Shown: one piece after another, positions 54,317-64,000 of the stretch
Numbering within the stretch: position 1 is the first letter of the stretch
Layout of the letters: every line of letters starts with the position of its first letter
Assembly: GCA_963837055.1 (NCBI GenBank)
Contig: CAWILU010000003.1
Coordinates: 71,524-135,523, forward strand
Direction: 5' to 3'
Origin: an uncultured Acidobacteriota bacterium
GTDB taxonomy: Bacteria > Actinomycetota > Acidimicrobiia > Spongiisociales > ZC4RG35
DNA length: 64,000 nt
The notes under the pieces: model-generated
What the model was told of the DNA's origin: nothing
Database searches by the model: none
What the model saw: the letters and a program-made list of their open reading frames with translations, nothing else
Program-made: the position numbers and the translations under genes

Positions 54317-56923
54317 CTAAGCGGCGCCGTGGCAGCGCTTGTACTTCTTGCCGCTGCCGCAGGGGCATGCGTCATTGCGGCCGATCTTGTCCGAAACCGC
54401 TTGCTTCGCCGGTGCGGGGCCGACCGGTGCCGGGGCGACGCGTTGCGGTTCGGTCGTCGGCTTGGCCAGCTCGACCCGGAACAGGTACCTGACGGCATCG
54501 CGCTTCACTGCATCGACCATCTCGGTGAACATGTCGTAGGCCTCACGTTGATACTCAGAGAGCGGGTCGCGTTGACCCATCGCCCGGAGGCCGATCCCGG
54601 CACGCAGGTAGTCCATGTCGGAGAGATGCTCACGCCACTTGTTGTCGATGACCGACAACATCACCGATCGCTCCACCTGACGGAGCAGGTCCGAGCCGAG
54701 ATCCTCCTCCCGCTTCGCATAGGCGTCGAGGGCCTCTTGGACCGCATATTCGACTACGTCATCGGCAGAGCCGGATACGGTCGAGGAATCGATGGTGGTG
54801 GGATAGACCTGGCTCAACTCCCTGTGCAGCGCCTCCCAGTCCCAGTCCGATCTCGGGACATCGGATGAGATCTCCGACTCGACCACCTCGGCGATCGCTG
54901 TCTCGATCCAGTCACCGAGGAGATCATCCTCGGCGGTGCCTTCGAGGATGGAGCGTCGCCAGTCGTAGATCACCTCACGTTGGCGGTTCATCACCTCGTC
55001 GTATTTGAGGACGTTCTTGCGAATCTCGAAGTTCTGCGACTCGACCTGTCTTTGGGCTCGTTCGATCGCCTTGGACACCATGTTGGCCTCGATTGGCTGG
55101 TCCTCAGGAAGACGAAGGCGGTCCATGATGCCGGTGACCCACTCCCCCTGAAAACGGCGCATCAAATCGTCCTCGAGCGAGAGATAAAAGCGCGACTCGC
55201 CGGGATCGCCCTGTCTGCCGGAACGGCCACGCAGCTGGTTGTCGATCCGCCGTGACTCATGTCGCTCCGTGCCCACCACATAGAGACCGCCGGCGTCGAT
55301 CACCAGTTGCTTGTCGGGGGTGATCTGATTCTCGAACTCCTGAGTGAGCTTGTGCTCCAACTCCTCGTAGGAGGGGTCGTCGTGAGTGACCCCTCGACGT
55401 TTCAGCTCGGTGCGGGCCATGCCGTCAGGATTCCCGCCGAGCTTGATGTCAACGCCGCGCCCGGCCATGTTGGTGGCGACGGTCACCGCACCCGGGCGTC
55501 CCGCTTGGGCGATGATGTCCGCCTCCCGAGAGTGGTGCTTGGCGTTCAAGACCTCGTGCTTGATCCCGTGATGATCCAGCGCCTTGGAGAGTTTCTCCGA
55601 CTTCTCGATCGACACGGTCCCGAGGAGGACGGGCTGCCCCCGCTTGGCCCTTTCAGCGACATCGCCCACCACGGCTCCATACTTGCCGTCCTCAGTCTTG
55701 TAGACGAGATCGCTCTCGTCGTCACGGGCCACCGGTTGGTTCGTGGGCACCGCGAGGACCTCGAGTGCGTAGATTTGAGCCAACTCGGCTGCCTCGGTCT
55801 CGGCGGTACCGGTCATCCCGGCGAGCTTGTCGTAGAGCCGGAAATAGTTCTGCAGCGTGATCGTGGCCAGCGTCTGGTTCTCGTCTTTGATGGCGACGCC
55901 TTCTTTGGCTTCGATCGCCTGGTGCAGACCCTCGGAGTAGCGGCGGCCCTCGAGCACACGACCGGTGAACTCGTCGACGATCTTGACCTCGCCGTGGTCG
56001 ATGAGATAGTCGACATCGCGTAGATAGAGCTCCTTGGCCCGCAGCGCTGCCTCCAGGTGGTGGACGAAGTCGACAGCGGCGTGGTCGAAGAGGTTCTCGA
56101 TCCCAAGCACCTGCTCGACCCGGGTGACGCCCTCCTCGGTGGTCAGGACCTGCCGCTTGCGCTCATCGACCTCGTAGTGGAGGTCTTTTTGCAGCCTGTT
56201 GGCGATCTTGGCGAAATCCCGATACCACTTGGCGCTGTCCGAAACCCGGCCCGAGATGATCAGAGGGGTCCGGGCTTCATCGATCAGGATCGAGTCGACC
56301 TCGTCCACGATGGCATAGGTGTGGCCACGTTGCACCCGATCCTGGGAACGCATCGCCATGTTGTCGCGGAGGTAGTCGAATCCGAACTCGTTGTTGGTGC
56401 CATAGGTGATGTCGGCGTCGTAGGCCGGATGACGCTCCGCCGATGTCATGCCGTTCTGGATCAGGCCGACTTTCAACCCGAGGAATCGGTGGACGGCTCC
56501 CATCCATTCGGCGTCACGAGAAGCCAGGTAGTCGTTGACCGTCACCAGATGGACTCCCTCACCGGCCAGGGCGTTCAGATAGGCCGGCATGGTCGAGACC
56601 AGTGTCTTCCCCTCACCGGTCTTCATCTCGGCGACCATGCCCCGGTGCAGGGCTGCGGCGCCGATCACCTGCACGTCGAAATGACGCTGGCCGAGCACCC
56701 GCTTCGCCGCCTCGCGGACGGTGGCAAATGCTTCGATCTGCAGGTCGTCGAGGGACTCACCGGCCTCGCTGCGATTGCGAAATTCAGTTGTCTTGGCTGC
56801 TAGGTCCTGGTCGGAGAGAGCCTCGTAAGCGGGCTCGAGGTCGTTTACCCCGGCGACGATGCTCTGGAACTGTCTGAGAGTCTTGCCTTCCCCGGCGCGC
56901 AGGACCTTGGAGAGGATTGGCAT
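54317..56923 (-). CDS. secA: preprotein translocase ATPase SecA
   Basis: [14 protein letters not shown]...[10 protein letters not shown]...; C-terminal Zn-binding [14 protein letters not shown]. Confidence 0.96.
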   Translation of the reverse strand: MPILSKVLRAGEGKTLRQFQSIVAGVNDLEPAYEALSDQDLAAKTTEFRNRSEAGESLDDLQIEAFATVREAAKRVLGQRHFDVQVIGAAALHRGMVAEMKTGEGKTLVSTMPAYLNALAGEGVHLVTVNDYLASRDAEWMGAVHRFLGLKVGLIQNGMTSAERHPAYDADITYGTNNEFGFDYLRDNMAMRSQDRVQRGHTYAIVDEVDSILIDEARTPLIISGRVSDSAKWYRDFAKIANRLQKDLHYEVDERKRQVLTTEEGVTRVEQVLGIENLFDHAAVDFVHHLEAALRAKELYLRDVDYLIDHGEVKIVDEFTGRVLEGRRYSEGLHQAIEAKEGVAIKDENQTLATITLQNYFRLYDKLAGMTGTAETEAAELAQIYALEVLAVPTNQPVARDDESDLVYKTEDGKYGAVVGDVAERAKRGQPVLLGTVSIEKSEKLSKALDHHGIKHEVLNAKHHSREADIIAQAGRPGAVTVATNMAGRGVDIKLGGNPDGMARTELKRRGVTHDDPSYEELEHKLTQEFENQITPDKQLVIDAGGLYVVGTERHESRRIDNQLRGRSGRQGDPGESRFYLSLEDDLMRRFQGEWVTGIMDRLRLPEDQPIEANMVSKAIERAQRQVESQNFEIRKNVLKYDEVMNRQREVIYDWRRSILEGTAEDDLLGDWIETAIAEVVESEISSDVPRSDWDWEALHRELSQVYPTTIDSSTVSGSADDVVEYAVQEALDAYAKREEDLGSDLLRQVERSVMLSVIDNKWREHLSDMDYLRAGIGLRAMGQRDPLSEYQREAYDMFTEMVDAVKRDAVRYLFRVELAKPTTEPQRVAPAPVGPAPAKQAVSDKIGRNDACPCGSGKKYKRCHGAA

Positions 56924-56974
56924 TGGGCTTTCATGCTACCGGCGGCCCCGAATTGACCCACTTCGGGTCGAACC

Positions 56975-57625
56975 TCAGCGAACGTCGATGAGACCTTCTC
57001 GTTGTGCCCAGGTCACCGCTTCGAACCGGGATTTCAGGCCCAACTTGTCGAGGACGTTGCGTACGTGGTTGCGAACCGTGTTCTCGGAGATGAAGAGCTC
57101 GGCGGCGATCTCCTTCGAAGTCTTGCCGGCGCCGACATATCCGAGGATCTCGAGCTCGCGCCCGGTCAGTTCCGGGCTCCGCGCCATGGCCTCACCGTGA
57201 TGCCTGAGCAGATCGCGGAGAGCGGTGAACAACTTGCCGCCCATGGCCGGGGACACCGCGGCGCCGCCGGCGAGCACGTCGTGCATCGCCGCCACCAGAC
57301 GGGGAAGCTGGGTGTCCTTGGTGAGATATCCGGAAGCACCGGCTTTGACCGCCGCCAGGAGGTCCTTCGCCGATTCGCTGGAGGTCAAGAGCACCACCCG
57401 TGAGTTGGGGCTGGCCTTGAGGATTGCGCCGACGACCTCGGTCCCCGACATGCCGGGCATGAGCAGATCGAGCATCACGAGGTCCGGCTGGTGCAGCCTG
57501 GCCACGTCGATCGCCCTCATCGCGTCGGCCGCAACTGCCTTGACTTCGAACCCCTCCTGGACGAAAACGGCGCGCAGCGCCTCGCGGAACAACTCCGCGT
57601 CGTCGACGATCACTACAGAGGCCAC
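56975..57625 (-). CDS. NarL/LuxR-family two-component response regulator
   Basis: Receiver domain (VIVDD...DLVMLDLLMPGMSG...VVLLTS) plus a LuxR HTH (LTGRELEILGYVGAGKTSKEIAAELFISENTVRNHV). Confidence 0.9.
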   Translation of the reverse strand: MASVVIVDDAELFREALRAVFVQEGFEVKAVAADAMRAIDVARLHQPDLVMLDLLMPGMSGTEVVGAILKASPNSRVVLLTSSESAKDLLAAVKAGASGYLTKDTQLPRLVAAMHDVLAGGAAVSPAMGGKLFTALRDLLRHHGEAMARSPELTGRELEILGYVGAGKTSKEIAAELFISENTVRNHVRNVLDKLGLKSRFEAVTWAQREGLIDVR

Positions 57626-57656
57626 GGGCAGATGCCTCCTGGATCGAGCGAAATCT

Positions 57657-58244
57657 TCATCTGTTCTCCCAGTCTGAGGTTGATGGACTAGACACCGTAT
57701 CGGCCAAATTGGCCGCGATCACAAGTGCTATTCGCTCAGGGCCTAAAGCCCTCGCCGCAGTGCGAACCGTGGCGCCTGTGGTGACGACGTCGTCGACCAG
57801 CAGGAACCGGCCCTTGTCCACCCGGCTCGCCTCGAGCGCAGGTGGGGGCCGGTTGTGGTCGCCACCGGCTCGCCTCCGGGCATGAAGCGGGGGCGAGAGT
57901 AGGTCGAGGACAGGAACATCCAGGGCGCGGGCGAGACGAAGGCCGATCTCCCGGGCCGGGTCGACGCCGTAGCGGATTTGACGGGACCAGGCTCGCGGCA
58001 CAGGCACGACGGGGAGACGTGGCACCTTCGGGGCGACCACCGCCACCACCAGATCGGCGAAGGTGGTGAGCCCACGGTATTTCAGCCCATGCACAAGCTC
58101 CCGGGCGACCCCGCTGTGCTCGAAGGCCGCAATGAGCCGTATCCCACCGTCCAGTATCCGCTCCGGCGCCGGACGCAAACGGGCCCGGCATCCAGGGCAC
58201 AGAAAGCCGGCGGACGGGTAATGACAGGCCTGACAAAGCATCAA
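57657..58244 (-). CDS. ComF-family phosphoribosyltransferase-like protein
   Basis: N-terminal Cys cluster CQACH...CPGC, then the PRTase motif LLVDDVVTTGATV. Confidence 0.8.
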   Translation of the reverse strand: MMLCQACHYPSAGFLCPGCRARLRPAPERILDGGIRLIAAFEHSGVARELVHGLKYRGLTTFADLVVAVVAPKVPRLPVVPVPRAWSRQIRYGVDPAREIGLRLARALDVPVLDLLSPPLHARRRAGGDHNRPPPALEASRVDKGRFLLVDDVVTTGATVRTAARALGPERIALVIAANLADTVSSPSTSDWENR

Positions 58245-58322
58245 GAGTCCAAGGCGGTAGGTGGTAAGTGGTAGGTGCCGGAAAAGCCGTCACCTAAAAC
58301 CTACGACTTATGACCTGAGACT

Positions 58323-58355
58323 GGAACCTGATCGGCGCTTCGCCGATCAGGTTCC
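58323..58355. terminator. 15-bp perfect hairpin spanning the ahcY stop codon
   Basis: GGAACCTGATCGGCG-ctt-CGCCGATCAGGTTCC. The TGA of ahcY (58347-58349, minus strand) lies in the right arm. Confidence 0.45.
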
Positions 58356-59594
58356 TTCTTGCCATCCGGACAGGTAGTCCACCTGCTCCTGGGTCAGGGT
58401 GTCGAGCCCCCCGCCGAGATGCTCGAGTTTGATACGGGCCACATCCGCATCGATCTCGGTCGGCAGGGTGTAGATCTTTGGCTCGAGGTCGTCCCGGTTC
58501 AATGCCAGATACTCGGCGGCCAGTGCCTGGTTCGAGAAGGACATGTCCATCACGTCGGCGGGATGGCCCTCCGCCGCTCCGAGATTGACCAGCCTTCCCT
58601 CGGCAATCACCAAGAGACGGCGGCCGTCCTCGAGCTCGAATTCCTCGAGATTGACCCGGATCTCGCGTCGCGCCACCGACGCCGCCCGCAGAGCGGCCAG
58701 ATCCAGCTCGATGTCGAAATGACCGGCGTTGGCCAGGATCACACCATCTTTCATCACATCGAAGTGCTCCATGCGGAGCACATGCTTGTTCCCGGTCACG
58801 GTGATGAACACGTCTCCGACCCTCGCCGCCTCGGCGCCGGTCATCACCCGGAAACCATCCATGGCGGCCGATAGAGCTCGCACCGGATCGACCTCCACCA
58901 CGATCACGGAGGCACCATGTCCATCGGCCCGGTTGGCCACGCCCCGTCCACAGTCGCCGTAGCCAATCACCACGACGTTCTGGCCGGCCAGGAGGATGTT
59001 GGTCGCCCGGATGATGCCGTCGATCGCGGACTGCCCGGTGCCGTAGTGGTTGTCGAACAGATGCTTCGTCGCCGAGTCGTTGACGGCCACGACCGGCACC
59101 CGCAGGGTGCCGTCGGCAGCCATCGCCTTGAGTCGGATGACGCCCGTGGTTGTCTCCTCCGTCGAGCCGATCACCTCGATGTCTCGTCGATCAGTGTGGA
59201 GGAGTGTGGCCAGGTCGGCGCCATCGTCCATGGTGATCGCCGGGGCGTGATCCAGGACCGCGTGGATGTGCTTGTAATAGGTGTCGGCATCCTCGCCGCG
59301 GATGGCAAAGACCGGGATGCCCTCGGCGACCAGGGCCGCGGCGACGTCATCCTGAGTGGACAGAGGGTTGGATGCGCACAGCAACGGCTCAGCACCACCA
59401 TCGCGCAATGCCAGCATCAAGTTGGCGGTCTCGGCCGTGACGTGGAGGCAGGCGGCGACCACGAGACCGTCCAGTGGCTTCTCCTTGGTAAATCGCTCCC
59501 GCACCGACGCCAGGACCTGCATCCGGCGCCCGGCCCATGCGACCCTCCTGGCACCGACCTCGGCGAGGGCAGGGTTGGATATGTCGTAGTTCAT
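58347..59594 (-). CDS. ahcY: adenosylhomocysteinase
   Basis: ...[11 protein letters not shown]...DDGADL...[11 protein letters not shown]...AGHFDIE... 415 aa. Confidence 0.94.
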   Translation of the reverse strand: MNYDISNPALAEVGARRVAWAGRRMQVLASVRERFTKEKPLDGLVVAACLHVTAETANLMLALRDGGAEPLLCASNPLSTQDDVAAALVAEGIPVFAIRGEDADTYYKHIHAVLDHAPAITMDDGADLATLLHTDRRDIEVIGSTEETTTGVIRLKAMAADGTLRVPVVAVNDSATKHLFDNHYGTGQSAIDGIIRATNILLAGQNVVVIGYGDCGRGVANRADGHGASVIVVEVDPVRALSAAMDGFRVMTGAEAARVGDVFITVTGNKHVLRMEHFDVMKDGVILANAGHFDIELDLAALRAASVARREIRVNLEEFELEDGRRLLVIAEGRLVNLGAAEGHPADVMDMSFSNQALAAEYLALNRDDLEPKIYTLPTEIDADVARIKLEHLGGGLDTLTQEQVDYLSGWQEGT

Positions 59595-59595
59595 C

Positions 59596-60605
59596 TCAGT
59601 CCTTCACCAATAGCTTCTTCAGTTTCTCGATCGTTTCGACGGGCACCGGATCGACACCCGCCTCCCCAGCCAGCAGGAAGGACACCAAGTCCCCACAGAC
59701 CGTGAGTGACATCAGACGAGCAAGCTCCGATTCCCCCGCGCCGACACCTCGCCAACCCAGGGCACGGCGAATGTGGTCAGATCCGATGTGTGCTCGAGTC
59801 GTGAACCAACCCGGGGGTGATCGGACCGATCGGTGAGGGCCACGATACATGTCAGGTCTCGGGTCACTGCCGGAAGCGTCTCCCACCCGACGATCTCATT
59901 GTGATCGAGCTCGGGCAGGACCGACCACCAGGCTGGCATCTTCGCGTTTTCGTTGATCTGGGTCTTCCAACGCTGTGCGGCCGTGGCACTGATCGGACCG
60001 CCCCCGTAGATGATCGTGATCCTGCCCACCAGACCCTTGGCCAGGCCCTGTGCCAGGTCCCAGGTCTCCGAGCCCTCGGTCGTGGCGGCGTCGACCAGGT
60101 CGGCGGCTTCGTCGAGCGCTGTCTGCTGATCCGAGAGCAGCCCCACGGCGGTCAGGATCCGTGCCACCGCACCCGCCATGTATCCAATCGCGGCCCTGGG
60201 CTGGAGCCCGGCGGGAACCGACACCGTCGCCCATCCCCGCTCCGACGTCATGTCGGCCAGCCGTCCACCGGTAGTAATGGTGATGATCGGCAGCCCTTGG
60301 GCGTCGGCGGCGGTCACGACGTCGAGGGTCTCCTCGGTGTTCCCCGAGTACGACGCGGCGATGACAGTCGGCCTCACCCTGGCCGCCCACCCGGGCAGAG
60401 GCGAATACCCCTTGTGCACTGCGACTCGACCCTGAGTGGTGGCGACCAGGGCGGCGCCGTAATCGCCTCCTATCCCTGAGCCGCCCATCCCTGCAACCAA
60501 GACCTCAGGGCTCAACGAGATCTGCGGCACCTCGAGATCACGGGCCCAGCGCAGCTGGTCGCCCAGCGTGCGGATCATCCCAAGCATGTCACTCATCGGG
60601 TCCAC
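59596..60605 (-). pseudogene. bifunctional phosphoglucose/phosphomannose isomerase (SIS domain), frame broken near 59775-59785
   Basis: ORF 59712..60605 carries the SIS core (VAGMGGSGIGGD...AASYSGNTEETL...). The expected C-terminus (...GESELARLMSLTVCGDLVSFLLAGEAGVDPVPVETIEKLKKLL) is in another frame (ORF 59596..59886). Adding one nt after ...TCGGATCT joins the two frames. Confidence 0.8.
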
Positions 60606-60768
60606 CCTCGGCCTCCTCGATCAGCATCACCGGTATGCCGTCCCGGACGGGATAGCGCCGGCCGCAGGCGGAGCACACGAGTCTCGAAGTCGGCTCGTCT
60701 TCGGTCAGATCGGCCTTGTCAACCGGGCAGACGAGGATGGCGGCCAATTGCGGATCGATCAGGCTCAT
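60589..60768 (-). CDS. Trm112-family zinc-ribbon protein
   Basis: MSLIDPQLAAILVCPVDKADLTEDEPTSRLVCSACGRRYPVRDGIPVMLIEEA. The ATG overlaps the upstream stop as ATGA. Confidence 0.8.
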   Translation of the reverse strand: MSLIDPQLAAILVCPVDKADLTEDEPTSRLVCSACGRRYPVRDGIPVMLIEEAEGGPDE

Positions 60769-62108
60769 CTGCCCTCCTCCAGGGTCGATGCCAGAGTCGC
60801 GACGGTCTCTTGAAGCGTCTGCGCGTCCGCGGACTCGACGTTGAGCCGCAGTAGTGGCTCGGTGTTGGACGGGCGCAGATTGAACCAGACATCGCCGAGG
60901 TCGACTGTCAACCCATCGATGTGATCGGTGCCGGCTCCCGGGAACATCGATTCGATCCGTGCCATCGATGCCTCCGGATCGGCTACGACGAAATTGACCT
61001 CGCCCGAAGCGTGATAGGGCTCGACGTCCCGCCTGAGGGCGGAGAGGGGGCGCCCCGCTTCGGAGATGACCCTGAGGAGCACGAGCATGGCCAGCATCCC
61101 CGAGTCGGCTCGGAAGTTGTCGGCGAAGTAGTAGTGGCCGCTGTGCTCGCCCCCGAAGACGGCCCCCGACTCCGCCATGACCTGTTTGATGTAGCTGTGC
61201 CCGACTCGGGTCCGGATAGGTGTCCCACCAGCAGCCAGCACGATCTCCGGCACGGCGCGTGATGTGATCAGATTGTGGATGATCGATGCACCCGGATGGC
61301 GCTCGAGCATCCAACGGGCGATGAGTGCGGTGACAGTGCTCCCACTGACGGCTTCGGCCTTGTCATCGATGAAGAAGGCCCGGTCCGCGTCGCCGTCGAA
61401 GGCAACTCCCAGGTCGTGACCCCCGTTGCCCACCATGGAGATCAGGTCCTGAAGGTTCTCCGGCTGGATCGGGTCTGCCGGATGGTTGGGGAATGTGCCG
61501 TCAGGTTCGAGATAGAGACCCTCCAGTGTCGCCTCGAGGCGGGCGAAGACCCGGTCGATGGTGACCCCGACCATCCCATTGCCGCCATCAACGGCAACAC
61601 GGAGCGGTCCAATTGTCGAGGCGTCGACGATGCCCAATAGGTGCTCCACGTAATCGTCGACCGCGTCGACGCCCCGGACCGACCCAGCGACGGCGGCGGT
61701 CGGCTCGATGCCGTTGACCACTGCCGTCTTTATATCCTCGAGTCCGGTCTCAGCGCCGACCGGGGCGGCTGCCGCCCGACACAACTTCAGCCCGTTGTAC
61801 TGGGATGGATTGTGGGATGCGGTGATGATCGCCCCCGGAACCGAGTGTCTTCCTGAGTAGAAATAGACAAGGTCGGTGGGCACCTCGCCCAGATCGATGA
61901 CGTCCGCTCCGGCAGAGGTCATCCCGTCTACCAGGGCCTCGAACAACTCCTGAGACGACTCCCGGCAGTCCCGGCCGACCGCGATTTCTCCCGCCTCGAC
62001 CAGTGCGACGAAGGCGATTCCGACCTTGCGAAACAACTCCGGGCCCAGTTCCCCGTTGTCGGTGCGGCCACGGATGTCGTAGGCCTTGAACACGGCGTCG
62101 GGGCTCAT
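60765..62108 (-). CDS. phosphomannomutase / phosphoglucomutase
   Basis: ...GAIITASHNPSQYNGLK...FDGDADR...GGEHSGH... 447 aa. Confidence 0.92.
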   Translation of the reverse strand: MSPDAVFKAYDIRGRTDNGELGPELFRKVGIAFVALVEAGEIAVGRDCRESSQELFEALVDGMTSAGADVIDLGEVPTDLVYFYSGRHSVPGAIITASHNPSQYNGLKLCRAAAAPVGAETGLEDIKTAVVNGIEPTAAVAGSVRGVDAVDDYVEHLLGIVDASTIGPLRVAVDGGNGMVGVTIDRVFARLEATLEGLYLEPDGTFPNHPADPIQPENLQDLISMVGNGGHDLGVAFDGDADRAFFIDDKAEAVSGSTVTALIARWMLERHPGASIIHNLITSRAVPEIVLAAGGTPIRTRVGHSYIKQVMAESGAVFGGEHSGHYYFADNFRADSGMLAMLVLLRVISEAGRPLSALRRDVEPYHASGEVNFVVADPEASMARIESMFPGAGTDHIDGLTVDLGDVWFNLRPSNTEPLLRLNVESADAQTLQETVATLASTLEEGR

Positions 62109-62155
62109 CGGCGGTCGAGTCTAGGGGTAGGCCTATCTCTGGCTGATTCCTACAC

Positions 62156-62905
62156 TTGCCGGCTCCGATGCCACCCGCCTTCTCGATTGTGGTCCCTGTG
62201 TACAACGAGGCCGCCTTCATTCCCCAGGCCGTGCCGGCGTTGGTCGGGCAGCTGGAGAGCCTCGGGACGCAATACCACGTCCTAATCGTCGAGAACGGCT
62301 CGACCGACGATTCGGCAGAGGCGGCGAAACGAGCCGCCGAAGGTCATCCAATCACCGTCATCTCCCTGCCTGAAGCCGACTACGGGGCCGCCATGAGACA
62401 AGGGTTTCTCGAGGCGGACGGCGACTGGGTGGTCAATTTCGACATCGACTATTTCTCGGCCGACTTTCTCAGAAAGGTATTGGAACTGGAAGCGGTAGAC
62501 CTCGTCATCGCATCGAAGAGGGATCCCAACTCCCAGGACAGGCGGCCTTGGGTCAGACGGGTTGCCACCAGGGTGTTCAACCTGTTGCTGCGGAGCATCC
62601 TTGGATCGAGGGTGAGCGATACCCATGGAATGAAGGCATTCCGCCGCGACCTCGTCACTGACCTTGTCCCTTCGGTCCTCAGTCGTCAGGACCTGTTCGA
62701 CACCGAGCTCGTGGTCAGGGCAGAGAGGGCCGGATATCGGATCACCGAAGTCCCGGTCGTCGTGGAGGAGATGAGGGTGGCGCGTTCATCGTTGGTGAAG
62801 CGGGTGCCACGGACGATCAAGGGGTTATGGAGCATTCGACAGGCCCTCGCCGCCGACGGTCTAGATCTTGCGGCGTCGCACAGTCCAGACACCGACACCA
62901 GCTAG
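62156..62905 (+). CDS. family-2 glycosyltransferase (polyprenol-phosphate mannosyl/glucosyl-transferase-like)
   Basis: FSIVVPVYNEA...VENGSTDDS...NFDIDY... Confidence 0.8.
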   Translation: MPAPMPPAFSIVVPVYNEAAFIPQAVPALVGQLESLGTQYHVLIVENGSTDDSAEAAKRAAEGHPITVISLPEADYGAAMRQGFLEADGDWVVNFDIDYFSADFLRKVLELEAVDLVIASKRDPNSQDRRPWVRRVATRVFNLLLRSILGSRVSDTHGMKAFRRDLVTDLVPSVLSRQDLFDTELVVRAERAGYRITEVPVVVEEMRVARSSLVKRVPRTIKGLWSIRQALAADGLDLAASHSPDTDTS

Positions 62906-64000
62906 ACCGACCAGGCCGATCAAGCTGGCGAACTTGCCCCCTGTCTCGGCCCAGGTGTCCTGGAACTCGAGCACGACCTGCTCGCTGGTGGGAACGACGA
63001 CCATCAGCGAAGGACTCGCCCGCCACGGGCCTTCCGCCCCCTCGGCGACCCAATTGGGGAAATAGGACACCTTGACCAGATGAGGCAGGCCCACCGCGGT
63101 GGTGGTGAAGGAGATCCGATGGTTATCGACCACGATGTCACTGACCGCATCAGCCGGCGCGTCGAGGGCGACGTTGGGTCTCTCGTCCAACGACTCGATT
63201 CGGGGCCATTCCTCCGGCCCGTCGGCGACCACCAGTCGGTCGAGGTTGTCGACGTCCTCATACCACTCGAGCGCCAGGTCGAAGAAGCTGGGCAGCTCCT
63301 GACCGTCGGACCCGGTGACGGTGTCTGAGCCGGTCAGCGAATCGAGCAATCCGTGTTCGGGCACCTCATAGACGGACGGGAGATGCGTCGCGACCTCGAC
63401 CAAACCGGTCTCGGGCAGTTGGTAGATGGTGAAAGGCTCGGTCGTCGCCACCTTGGTCAGCTCGGCCATTCCGTCGGCCCGCTCCGTTGCCTCGGGTGTG
63501 AACGACACGTAATAGTCGACCCCGAACAACTCCAGGTGCTTGATGCCTCGCTCCATCTCCCCTGTGTGGTATTTCAGACCCGGGATCGGGTTGGAGGGCT
63601 TCTCCGACATCTCGGAGGAGTTGATGAAGTGGAAAGGGGTCGTGAGCGACGACTCGAAGAACAGACCTTCCATCGACGGGTGCGAACCGCCCGTCCAATA
63701 TGGGATGAGCATCGGAGACATCGGAGTCCCGTACTGGTTGAGCTCGCTGTTCGCCTCCCAGTGGACCCGGCCATCGGGGAGAGAGTCGATCTCGGTCATC
63801 AGCGCCTCATACTCCGGCCATGCAGTCTTCGACTCGTAGCCCTCGTAGTTCCACTTCGCCCAACCATCCACGAAAGTGACCCCGGAGAGGGCGCCAAGCA
63901 CCACCACCGCCACGGTGGCGCCGGTGAGGAAGGTCCGGGTCGACAGCGTCGACTCCCACATGAAGGTGAGCCCGATGAGAAGCGCCCCGGCGATCGCGAC
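62861..64000 (-). CDS. large membrane protein of unknown function, C-terminal part (5' end outside the window)
   Basis: The frame stays open beyond the listed M at 63961 to the window edge. A large extracytoplasmic domain is followed by a C-terminal TM helix (FASLIGLVGLAGVGVWTV) and RRRKI. It overlaps the 3' end of the convergent GT2 gene by 45 nt. Confidence 0.55.
   Translation of the reverse strand, partial: VAIAGALLIGLTFMWESTLSTRTFLTGATVAVVVLGALSGVTFVDGWAKWNYEGYESKTAWPEYEALMTEIDSLPDGRVHWEANSELNQYGTPMSPMLIPYWTGGSHPSMEGLFFESSLTTPFHFINSSEMSEKPSNPIPGLKYHTGEMERGIKHLELFGVDYYVSFTPEATERADGMAELTKVATTEPFTIYQLPETGLVEVATHLPSVYEVPEHGLLDSLTGSDTVTGSDGQELPSFFDLALEWYEDVDNLDRLVVADGPEEWPRIESLDERPNVALDAPADAVSDIVVDNHRISFTTTAVGLPHLVKVSYFPNWVAEGAEGPWRASPSLMVVVPTSEQVVLEFQDTWAETGGKFASLIGLVGLAGVGVWTVRRRKI

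Noticed and set aside
53175-54368. Programmed +1 frameshift site expected in prfB
   Set aside because: The RF2 frame is continuous from MTTEIT... through the GGQ motif, with no in-frame UGA near codon 25. The 20 extra N-terminal codons of the track ORF are probably not translated.

Overview
High-GC, actinobacterium-like chromosomal segment (the lineage is inferred from gene content and order only). About 80% is conserved housekeeping, mostly on the minus strand: obg-rpmA-rplU-rne, tdk, rodA-mrdA-mreDCB, ndk-folC, clpX-clpP-tig, a six-gene tRNA cluster, pdxH-MBL-rph-rdgB-ndh, an acyl-CoA dehydrogenase/HMG-CoA lyase pair, ssrA-smpB-ftsXE-prfB-secA, and ahcY-PGI/PMI-trm112-PMM. The non-routine content is as follows. 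(1) A 4.5-kb insert without an integrase sits between tRNA-Leu(TAG) and a 57-nt copy of that tRNA's 3' half; it carries a patatin-like lipase, an FG-GAP-repeat secreted protein and a small GPGG membrane protein. (2) A 1.5-kb insert at the 3' end of ssrA is bounded by a 22-bp duplication and carries a metallophosphoesterase lipoprotein. (3) A degenerate repeat family with alternative-helix potential was seen only inside these two inserts. (4) A GAPDH paralogue lacking the catalytic Cys and His sits 2 nt upstream of a canonical gap gene. (5) A ydaO-type c-di-AMP riboswitch lies upstream of a CPA2 antiporter-USP fusion. (6) An LPFTG-anchored protein contains a near-perfect 60-bp Cys/acidic tandem repeat. 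(7) nadD and rsfS run together as one ORF with no stop between them. (8) A short dispersed ACCTACGAC motif and perfect hairpins lie over stop codons. Five single-nucleotide frame disruptions hit conserved genes (rne, tig twice, PGI/PMI, and an ORF embedded in the tRNA cluster). This points to consensus indel errors at least as much as to real pseudogenes. No CRISPR array, transposase or intact integrase was seen. All coordinates and alignments were worked out by eye from the sequence and the ORF track.
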